A stretch of DNA of 64,000 nt from Candidatus Iainarchaeum sp. (GTDB lineage Archaea > Iainarchaeota > Iainarchaeia > Iainarchaeales > JAGVWC01). Each line of letters starts with the position of its first letter. The stretch's first letter is position 1. Below the pieces are notes generated by a model that worked only from the letters and a program-made list of their open reading frames with translations, made no database searches and was not told the origin of the DNA. Positions 1 through 6,806 of the stretch are shown here, piece after piece. The DNA is taken from positions 96,001 to 160,000 of the forward strand of contig JAGVWC010000010.1 of the NCBI GenBank assembly GCA_018304465.1. Direction: 5' to 3'. The translations under genes and the position numbers were made by a program.

Positions 1-639
1 GATTATTCTTCCGTTGGGAGTTCGAACGATATTTTGGGGGGCAAAATCGTCATGAATATAACGAATGTTAAACTGTCGGGGGAATGCAGCTGAAAATCTT
101 CCCCTTATCGCTCTGCCTTGCTTGGCTGAAAGTATCTTTTTTTGTTCGAGGAAAGAAATATATGCGTTAAATTCTTTTCGGAGGCTCCGGCGCATAAGAA
201 GGTTTTGAAATATTTTTTTCTGTGGTGAAACCCCGTGGAGGGAATGAAGGGCTTTGCTGATTTTTCGGGTATCCGCAATTGTTTCTGATTCTCGAAGGTC
301 GTTTCCGGGCGTGAATTCGGAAAAAACAACGTTCTTGTACCTCCCAATGACCGGTCTCACTGCCGCCCCCTGTGATTGCATCTGGTCGTGCAATCGTACC
401 CGTTGGCGAGGGCTTGCTTCTCGTCCGTAGCGATTTTGAAGCAAACGTGCACTAATCCTTCTGCCATCTGGAAATTGCAGGACAAAAACGTGCCCTTTTG
501 GAGAAAGCGGTTCAACAGAAACGGGCCGTTCTCCAAGGCTAATTTGTGCGATGTCCGAAAAGAAAGTGAGAGGACTCGTTATATCGCTTTTTTTGAATGC
601 ACGCTTCAGTGCATATTGAAGTCGTTTTCCCGCTTTCAT
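1..639 (-). CDS. Aminoglycoside phosphotransferase/choline kinase-like protein, 3' end runs off the window
   Basis: Not in ORF track (no stop in window). Manually translated open frame from ATG at 639: MKAGKRLQYALKRAFKKS...FSEFTPG...LHSLH...YIHDDFAPQNIV; HxDxxxxN catalytic loop of APH-type kinases. Confidence 0.75.
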   Translation of the reverse strand, partial: MKAGKRLQYALKRAFKKSDITSPLTFFSDIAQISLGERPVSVEPLSPKGHVFVLQFPDGRRISARLLQNRYGREASPRQRVRLHDQMQSQGAAVRPVIGRYKNVVFSEFTPGNDLRESETIADTRKISKALHSLHGVSPQKKIFQNLLMRRSLRKEFNAYISFLEQKKILSAKQGRAIRGRFSAAFPRQFNIRYIHDDFAPQNIVRTPNGRII

Positions 640-704
640 GCTCACAACTAGACATACTTTTATGAATAAAATCTTTTCTTTGCGGAAACGGCGGTCCAAT
701 CGGC

Positions 705-750
705 ATATTATCTAGACGTGTTCTGGTTAATCGTCAGTTCATCATCGGCC
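705..750. repeat. 46-bp imperfect repeat copy 1, containing palindrome TTATCnAGA-N5-TCTnGnTAA
   Basis: 37/46 ungapped identity by manual alignment to 2465-2510. Confidence 0.8.
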
Positions 751-789
751 GTTCAATGTTGTATGCAAAGGAATTTTAACAACTATTTT

Positions 790-1014
790 TCATTCAAGCA
801 GCCTAAAGAATTCGTCTTTGTTCATACGCAAGTCTTCTTTAATGATTTTGGTCAGCAAATGGGGGCCGATGGGTTCGTTTCCATGCACAGGAACTGACGT
901 CTTGCGTCCATCCGGATGCTCGAACCGATAATGGCTTCCACGTGAACGCGTTTCGACAAAACCAAGTTTTTTGAGTGCACGAAACAAATCGCGTGGCGAC
1001 AAGGTTTGGGTCAA
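790..1014 (-). CDS. hicA: HicA-family toxin (mRNA interferase)
   Basis: 74 aa, LKKLGF..R.RGSH..F.HPDGR.T.VPVH signature. Confidence 0.93.
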   Translation of the reverse strand: MTQTLSPRDLFRALKKLGFVETRSRGSHYRFEHPDGRKTSVPVHGNEPIGPHLLTKIIKEDLRMNKDEFFRLLE

Positions 1015-1017
1015 AAA

Positions 1018-1227
1018 TTACACCCGAACGATCTGGATTCCCACAAAATCAGTTTTAACATCGACAGGCGCGTCTTCAAGGCACAACAAGATGACTTCCT
1101 TGACGCGTTCAATAAGCGCATCCATGGTTTTGGCTTGGGTATGGCAACCCTGTAATTCAGGAACATCGGCTACGAGCCAACCCGCTTCATCCTGCTCGAT
1201 AATGACTTTAAATTCCCTCGACATCAT
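1018..1227 (-). CDS. hicB: Short HicB-family antitoxin (no DNA-binding domain)
   Basis: 69 aa, VIIEQDE.GW.VA.VPEL.GCHTQ.KT.D.L..RVKE.I.LCLE signature; 3 nt upstream of hicA. Confidence 0.92.
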   Translation of the reverse strand: MMSREFKVIIEQDEAGWLVADVPELQGCHTQAKTMDALIERVKEVILLCLEDAPVDVKTDFVGIQIVRV

Positions 1228-1451
1228 TTCACATTAAAAATAACCCCAAAACAATATAAAAACGGCTCTTTTTCGGCAAACAACGACTATGAATATTTGC
1301 CCAGATTAAAAGAAAAAAGTATTACAGAGAATCACCGGTGTTCTCGGACTATTTCGACCACTGAATTAGTCAAACAAAGAAAACCCAATGATTCTTTTAT
1401 GAATAATAGGAATCTCCATTGCATATGCCGGCATTTAACTTGCCGGTCGCT

Positions 1452-1601
1452 TTAAATCTTGTCAGGAGCATTTTGGAGCGATTTCGCACACTTTTCTTTC
1501 CAGTATACGCGTTCTTCCAGAATCCACTGTTTTTCTTTTTCCAGTTCCGCCAAATCAATCTTCAAAAGCTTCAACCCTTCTTGCATAACAGCACTCTGCA
1601 T
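1452..1601 (-). CDS. Small hypothetical protein (49 aa), possibly a remnant
   Basis: Manual translation MQSAVMQEGLKLLKIDLAELEKEKQWILEERVYWKEKCAKSLQNAPDKI; protein-like amphipathic helix; below the ORF track cut-off. Confidence 0.35.
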   Translation of the reverse strand: MQSAVMQEGLKLLKIDLAELEKEKQWILEERVYWKEKCAKSLQNAPDKI

Positions 1602-1718
1602 CAACAATATCTACAAACGAAGTTTAACCTTTGTGTGATTACAAAAGAAATGGAGCGGATGAGCAAACGAATCTAACACCCCATCGTTTACCCAATTATG
1701 GTAAAAAAGAAAATAAGA

Positions 1719-2396
1719 TTATTTTTTTCGTAGATGAAAAAATTTACAGATCAGTTGGTTACCGACCCCCATACCTAAGAACGCCCCCTTGAGCACTTCA
1801 AATCCCAGTTCTTCTAGCCTCTTTTTTTGTTGGTTAAGAAGATCGAAATCCGATCCTCGCAGACCGTACAAGTTACCCACTTCTTGATTGACCAACAATT
1901 CGCCTCCCGACAGGAGAATTCGATGCGCTTCTTTGACAGAAGATTCAAAATCACTGTGTGTCAATCCAAAGTACGAGTAAATCAAATCGAAATGATTGGC
2001 TGGAAAACGGGTTTTTTCCGCATGAGCGACGCGAAAGGCGACCGTCCGGTATTTTTTCCAAGAATCCAATCGCTTCAAACTCAATCCATGCGCCTTAATA
2101 TTCGGAAAATCTGCGGCCAGTTGGGAAATCGCTTCTCCGTCCAAACAACCGAGATCCAAGACGCGAATTTGGCGTGTTCCCGCGCACATTTGAAGGTTTT
2201 GAACTATTGAGGAAAACTTTGCTCGAAAATCCGATTCGATAGCCCGAAGCGGGGTTCTTCTGACACTCCACAAATCAGACGGCGAACCACCATAACGAAG
2301 CGATTGCCAATCTTTCTTCCGGTCTTGGCGAAGTCGTTTCCCCAATCGTCGCCGCTTTAAAGCGTCTTCAGGACTACGTGGCTTTCGGAAATTCAT
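1719..2396 (-). CDS. Class I SAM-dependent methyltransferase with basic N-terminal extension
   Basis: VLDLGCLDG motif I, FPANHFDLI, HRILLSGG; start chosen at ATG 2396 (MNFRKPRS...) downstream of TTTATAAT. Confidence 0.85.
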   Translation of the reverse strand: MNFRKPRSPEDALKRRRLGKRLRQDRKKDWQSLRYGGSPSDLWSVRRTPLRAIESDFRAKFSSIVQNLQMCAGTRQIRVLDLGCLDGEAISQLAADFPNIKAHGLSLKRLDSWKKYRTVAFRVAHAEKTRFPANHFDLIYSYFGLTHSDFESSVKEAHRILLSGGELLVNQEVGNLYGLRGSDFDLLNQQKKRLEELGFEVLKGAFLGMGVGNQLICKFFHLRKK

Positions 2397-2464
2397 GCAG
2401 AAAAAAGAAGACAAGAGAAATTATAAAACCAGAAGAGTACTGGATGAGCACAGAACCGAATTTT

Positions 2465-2510
2465 ATGTTATCAAGAGTAGTTCTCGATAATAGTCAGTTC
2501 GTCATCGGCC
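2465..2510. repeat. 46-bp imperfect repeat copy 2, containing palindrome TTATCAAGA-GTAGT-TCTCGATAA
   Basis: 37/46 identity to 705-750. Confidence 0.8.
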
Positions 2511-2536
2511 ACAACCAAAGTTATCGGAAAAAAAAA

Positions 2537-2887
2537 TTACTGCGATCCGGCCGGAAAATCAATCCGCAATTCCTGGGCGATGTTTTGAAATCCCATTCCC
2601 TTGTACCAAGCATGCGCGCGGGTTTCGGGATGCTTACTCGTGCAAATCAGTTTGTAACACCCGTGTTCGGCCGCGCCTTCGATGACCCTTTTTACGATGG
2701 CGGTTCCATACCCTTTTCCGCGAAAGTCGTCATGGACAAACACGTCTTCCATGAAACCCCACGGTTCGGAATGCAAATCGTTTTTGAGCACGTACAGATA
2801 CGCGCGCGCGATTTCGATTCCATCCGAAGCGATCACGTACTTGATTCCTTTGGCCGGAGCCGCATAGTCGGTGATTTCAACGGACAC
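2537..2887 (-). CDS. GNAT-family N-acetyltransferase
   Basis: EDVFVHDDFRGKGYGT acetyl-CoA motif, GCYKLICTS, WY..MGF; likely GTG start at 2887 (the longer track ORF overlaps tgt). Confidence 0.88.
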   Translation of the reverse strand: MSVEITDYAAPAKGIKYVIASDGIEIARAYLYVLKNDLHSEPWGFMEDVFVHDDFRGKGYGTAIVKRVIEGAAEHGCYKLICTSKHPETRAHAWYKGMGFQNIAQELRIDFPAGSQ

Positions 2888-2931
2888 ATTTTCCAGGGTA
2901 TATAATTTAGTTATAATATTTATATTTGTTT

Positions 2932-4023
2932 TCATTTCCACTTTAAACGCTGGCGAAAACGCGAAAACGAACCCGATTCGATCTCTTCGCGGATACGTGT
3001 CATCAAGTGCTGGATGAAAAAAAGATTGTGAAACGACAAGTACTTCATGCCGTTTTCCTCCCCCGTCCGAAACAAATGATGCACATACGCGCGCGAATGC
3101 GATTCGCACACAAAACACGCGCACTCGGAATCAATCGGCGACAAATCAAACCGATGCGACCTGTTCGCCAAATTAATCCGGCCTTTACGGGTAAACGCCA
3201 AGCCATGCCGGCCGGTTTGCGTCGGAAACGCGGAATCAAAACAATCCACTCCCAGCGAAACCGCCATGACCAATTGCTCCGGCGTGCCAACTCCCATCAA
3301 ATACCGCATTTTTTCCGGATCCATCTCTTTCGTGTCGATCGGAACCATTTTTTCCACCCAATGACTCGGCTCGCCGATCGCAAGCCCCCCCAAGGCCAAA
3401 CCGTCAAACGGAAGCGAATTCATCAATTCCGCGGATTTCTTTCTGAGTTTCGCGTTTGTTCCGCCTTGCGCGATTCCAAACAACAACTGCCGCTTGTTTT
3501 CATGCGCATCCAAACACCGTTTTCCCCATTCAAACGTCCGGTGCATGGATTCGGTCAACCGCGCGATCGATGAACCCGGAAGCGGCATGTCATCCAAACA
3601 CATCGCCACATCGCTTTTCAACCGGTTCTGAATCACCATGGCTTTTTCCGGCGTTAACACATCCAATGCCTGATCAAACGGATTTCGAAACGTCACGCCG
3701 CGATCATCGATCTTTTGAAAAAACTCGGGGCGAATCACCTGAAAACCCCCGGAATCCGTGAAAATTCCGCGATCCCAGCCCACGAACTTGTGCAATCCCC
3801 CCGCTTTTTTCACCACGTCTAAACCCGGGCGCAAAGAAAACACGTAACTATTCGAAATAAACGCTTCGATTCCAATGGATCGCAATTCTTCCATCGAAAC
3901 CAGTTTCACGGAACCCTTGGTCGCCACCGGCATGAAAAAAGGCGTTTTGATTTTGCCATGCGCCGTGGTTAACGTTCCCACGCGGGCGTCTTTGTCCGAC
4001 ACGCCCAGCGAAAACGCGTTCAT
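2932..4023 (-). CDS. tgt: tRNA-guanine transglycosylase, bacterial/queuosine type
   Basis: TPFFMPVAT, TDSGGFQ, GIAQGG, GGLAIGE, RYLMGVG, GVDCFDS, Zn site CACFVC...HN; 363 aa with no C-terminal PUA domain. Confidence 0.92.
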   Translation of the reverse strand: MNAFSLGVSDKDARVGTLTTAHGKIKTPFFMPVATKGSVKLVSMEELRSIGIEAFISNSYVFSLRPGLDVVKKAGGLHKFVGWDRGIFTDSGGFQVIRPEFFQKIDDRGVTFRNPFDQALDVLTPEKAMVIQNRLKSDVAMCLDDMPLPGSSIARLTESMHRTFEWGKRCLDAHENKRQLLFGIAQGGTNAKLRKKSAELMNSLPFDGLALGGLAIGEPSHWVEKMVPIDTKEMDPEKMRYLMGVGTPEQLVMAVSLGVDCFDSAFPTQTGRHGLAFTRKGRINLANRSHRFDLSPIDSECACFVCESHSRAYVHHLFRTGEENGMKYLSFHNLFFIQHLMTRIREEIESGSFSRFRQRLKWK

Positions 4024-4538
4024 TTAAGCGACCCCAAAAACCGCTTTAAACTACTCAACCACACCCGGCCATAATGATCCGGCAACAAATACCGCTGGCC
4101 AACCAACTGCCCGACTTTTTTCTCGGAAATTCCCAACGCCAAACCCACGGCTTTTCGGCTCAACACCGCAGACGCGGCTTTCGGAACCGCGGACGCGACA
4201 TTTTCCCGCGCTTGTGCGATCGAAACCCGCGGATTCAAATCCGAAAAAAAAACCAATTTTCGAACTGGGGCCTTCAGCGTGCCTTTTCGCAGAAAACTAA
4301 CAAACTCGTTTGCAACGGAAGACGGAACCAATAACCGGTGGTTTGTTCCCCTTTTTTCCGAATATGAACCCAAAACGGTTCTTGGAAGACGCGGGTTCTG
4401 CATTTTTTTCCGGATAAACGCTTCGATATGCGCGGCACGCACGCGAAAATTGATTTTTTGAGCCGCTTGCAGGATCTGTGGAAGCGAGCGAAAACCCGCA
4501 GGCGTTTTTCGCGGCCCCTTCAATTCGAAAGCCTCCAA
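4020..4538 (-). CDS. Hypothetical basic protein, possible C-terminal HTH
   Basis: Overlaps alaX stop and tgt start (translational coupling); K/R-rich; LSRKAVGLALGISEKKVGQLV resembles an HTH. Confidence 0.6.
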   Translation of the reverse strand: MEAFELKGPRKTPAGFRSLPQILQAAQKINFRVRAAHIEAFIRKKMQNPRLPRTVLGSYSEKRGTNHRLLVPSSVANEFVSFLRKGTLKAPVRKLVFFSDLNPRVSIAQARENVASAVPKAASAVLSRKAVGLALGISEKKVGQLVGQRYLLPDHYGRVWLSSLKRFLGSLK

Positions 4539-5230
4539 TAAATTCGCCGGTTCTCCGCGCCTTTGTTCTTCAAATCAAAAATCTCGATTCCGCCCACTTC
4601 CTTGGTGAAGGCGACATGGGTTCCGCCATCCGCTTGAACATCCACGTCGCCGATCGAAACGATCCGAAGCACCGGCAGATTCTTCGGCAACACGTCTTTT
4701 AAGCGAAACAATTCCGGACGCTTGACTGCATCCTCGAATTTTTCAAACGAAGTCGAAACCGCCAGATTCCGCGCGATCAAATCGTTTGTTTTTTGCTCAA
4801 AATCCTTTAATCGCTCGCGCCCCACGTCTTGCGACGAAAAATCCATCCGACACTGATCCAAATCCAGCTGATTCCCCGTAATCAACGCACCGGTTTCGGA
4901 AAACAACACATGGGCCAGCAAATGCGCCGAGGTATGCGAACGCATCAAGCGATGACGACGATCCCAATCAATCGTTCCTTTCACGTAATCGCCGATCCTT
5001 AAACCCGGTTTATCGACCACGTGAACGATTTCCGCGCCGTTGCGCCGACACCCCGACACAAAAAACGACTCGTTTTCTCGCGTTAAAACGCCCGTATCCG
5101 ACGGTTGTCCACCGCCTTGCGGATAAAACACGGTTTGATCCAACACCACGGATTTTTCATCGATCAAACCCGTCACCATCGCGTCGCATTGACGCAAATA
5201 ATGGTCTTTTAGAAACAATTCCACTGTCAA
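4520..5230 (-). CDS. alaX: Alanyl-tRNA editing protein AlaX (AlaX-M type)
   Basis: LDQTVFYPQGGGQPSDTG, RSHTSAHLL (HxxxH), QADGGTHV. Confidence 0.92.
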   Translation of the reverse strand: MTVELFLKDHYLRQCDAMVTGLIDEKSVVLDQTVFYPQGGGQPSDTGVLTRENESFFVSGCRRNGAEIVHVVDKPGLRIGDYVKGTIDWDRRHRLMRSHTSAHLLAHVLFSETGALITGNQLDLDQCRMDFSSQDVGRERLKDFEQKTNDLIARNLAVSTSFEKFEDAVKRPELFRLKDVLPKNLPVLRIVSIGDVDVQADGGTHVAFTKEVGGIEIFDLKNKGAENRRIYWRLSN

Positions 5231-5327
5231 ACCAGATTCCTCACTTCAAAAAACAAAGCAGAGTTTTTTTAAAAAACCCCTCGTATTAGCGATTTTAAGC
5301 CATTTTTAAGGGTTTTTTGGATTTGCC

Positions 5328-5409
5328 TTTATAAAGTTTATTGCGTTTTATAGTAAATGCTTCAATAACCGGCTTATAACGCCGAAACGAGGCAGAGGAA
5401 AAAAGGAGG
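5328..5409 (+). promoter_or_regulatory. TATA box (TTTATAAA, 5328-5335) and Shine-Dalgarno (GGAGG, 5405-5409) of the small histone gene
   Basis: Consensus-like elements with appropriate spacing to ATG 5417. Confidence 0.55.
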
Positions 5410-5424
5410 AAGTTCGATGGCAGA
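5395..5424 (+). repeat. 30-bp exact direct repeat copy 1 (RBS plus start of histone gene)
   Basis: GAGGAAAAAAGGAGGAAGTTCGATGGCAGA, identical at 6450-6479. Confidence 0.93.
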
Positions 5425-5590
5425 TTTGGTAGTCAAATCAAAAGTCGCAGAAGTAATCCGAGGAAACGGAATGAACATGGCAGGAGACACGGTTGCTGCG
5501 CTCGACGGCGTTGTCGCGGACCTGTTGGCCAAAGCCGTTCAACGCGCCAAAGACAATGGACGCAAAACCGTTCGCCCAAGCGACTTGTAA
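5417..5590 (+). CDS. Short histone-fold protein (57 aa; truncated alpha-3, face-to-face/DUF1931-like class)
   Basis: Missed by ORF track. MADLVVKSKVAEVIRGNGMNMAGDTVAALDGVVADLLAKAVQRAKDNGRKTVRPSDL; RA..NGRKTV...DL histone signature, strong SD, downstream terminator. Confidence 0.9.
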   Translation: MADLVVKSKVAEVIRGNGMNMAGDTVAALDGVVADLLAKAVQRAKDNGRKTVRPSDL

Positions 5591-5609
5591 AACAAAGCGA
5601 TTCAAGACA

Positions 5610-5634
5610 AAGAAAGCCAACAGGCTTTCTTTTC
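5610..5634 (+). terminator. Hairpin plus T-tract terminator
   Basis: AAGAAAGCC-AACA-GGCTTTCTT followed by T runs, 20 nt after the histone stop. Confidence 0.65.
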
Positions 5635-5719
5635 CTATTTCTTTTTCTTTAATCGATCAACCGTCACCGGCCGCAGGCATTCGAAAAACCATATTAACCC
5701 GTTATCTCTTTTTGATTAC

Positions 5720-6439
5720 ATGAAAAGAATCCTCCGGGTAAAAGCGGATCTGCACACTCCAAAAACCGTGAGCTATAACCTACACTCAAAACGAGGCTAT
5801 GAACCACAAGGAACCAAAGCGTTTGTTCCGTTGGGCACCCGTTTAACCAAAGGCCTGAGTCGCCCAGAAAAAGCCCATCAACTACGCGAACTTGCCGCCA
5901 ATTCAGACTATTTCATCAAACCCGTTAGCAAACGAAATCAAGAAATTCGGAAGTTTTTGACGCAACACGGAGTCCGGGTCGAAAAAATCATTGAAGACCT
6001 CAAAAACGGAACCAGCCTTTTTGAAAAAGAAGGCGCCGAACTGGGTTCCGCCGAAGGAATCCGGTTCTTTAAACGAAACCCAGTCCAATACACCCAAAAA
6101 ATCATCGACTTGGTCGCGCGGCTCATCGTACTCGAAGTCTCCCACACGCATTTGCACGTGGGCAACATTGCCATCACGGAAAAAGGAGACGTCATTTTAT
6201 TGGACTTAAGCCGCGCAACCCTTGCCGGCACCGGAAAACACCGGAAATCCCTTCGAAAAATCGTTGAAAAAATTCACCAGGAAAAAACCACGTTTATCCA
6301 AAGCTTCGTGCTATACGCTTTTCGAACACAACACGACCGTAATCCAACCGAATCCGAGTACATTGAAAAGGCCCGACAAATCGAAGACCAAATCCAAGAA
6401 CGAATGTTCGGGCTTGCCAAAGAATGGAAACTCGCCTAA
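5720..6439 (+). CDS. Kinase-fold protein (Kdo/RIO/APH-like) with atypical catalytic loop
   Basis: SHTHLHVGNI...ILLDLSRA corresponds to HxDLHxxN...DFG, with the catalytic Asp replaced by His. Confidence 0.65.
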   Translation: MKRILRVKADLHTPKTVSYNLHSKRGYEPQGTKAFVPLGTRLTKGLSRPEKAHQLRELAANSDYFIKPVSKRNQEIRKFLTQHGVRVEKIIEDLKNGTSLFEKEGAELGSAEGIRFFKRNPVQYTQKIIDLVARLIVLEVSHTHLHVGNIAITEKGDVILLDLSRATLAGTGKHRKSLRKIVEKIHQEKTTFIQSFVLYAFRTQHDRNPTESEYIEKARQIEDQIQERMFGLAKEWKLA

Positions 6440-6449
6440 TTCGCACGAG

Positions 6450-6479
6450 GAGGAAAAAAGGAGGAAGTTCGATGGCAGA
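6450..6479 (+). repeat. 30-bp exact direct repeat copy 2
   Basis: Identical to 5395-5424; followed by only a 27-codon frame. Confidence 0.93.
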
Positions 6480-6577
6480 AATGCCTTCGATTCTATTTCT
6501 TTTCACTGCAGATTGTTCGTGTGCCCGCGTTGGCATTTTTATTTTTTTTGTCTGAAAATTATTGAATGACTGGTTCG

Positions 6578-6766
6578 TTAGTCCGACTTTGAAGTAAGCA
6601 TAATCAGCCCCACAAAAATCAATACCAGGCCCAGATATAGTGCGACTATCGCGCTCTTGTCCGTAAATAGTATTGTTTCAAGGCCGATACCAATCGTAGT
6701 TAATGCGCTTCCAATTATCCGATTAGTGATTCCTTGTTTCATTAAAATACACCCCGATGTATACAT
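6578..6766 (-). CDS. Small two-TM membrane protein
   Basis: Two hydrophobic helices; downstream of the metallopeptidase in an AT-rich segment. Confidence 0.6.
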   Translation of the reverse strand: MYTSGCILMKQGITNRIIGSALTTIGIGLETILFTDKSAIVALYLGLVLIFVGLIMLTSKSD

Positions 6767-6806
6767 TGATTTTACCTTTATAAGCTTATATTCAGAACCA
6801 AAAAAG

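Noticed and set aside
1657-2450. Short shared words GGATGAGCA (1657, 2442) and CTTTTATGAATAA (657, 1394)
   Set aside because: Too short and AT-rich to distinguish from chance or generic promoter sequence without statistics.
6472-6555. 27-codon ORF after the duplicated RBS
   Set aside because: No similarity to the histone beyond Met-Ala and no coding signal; treated as a by-product of the repeat.
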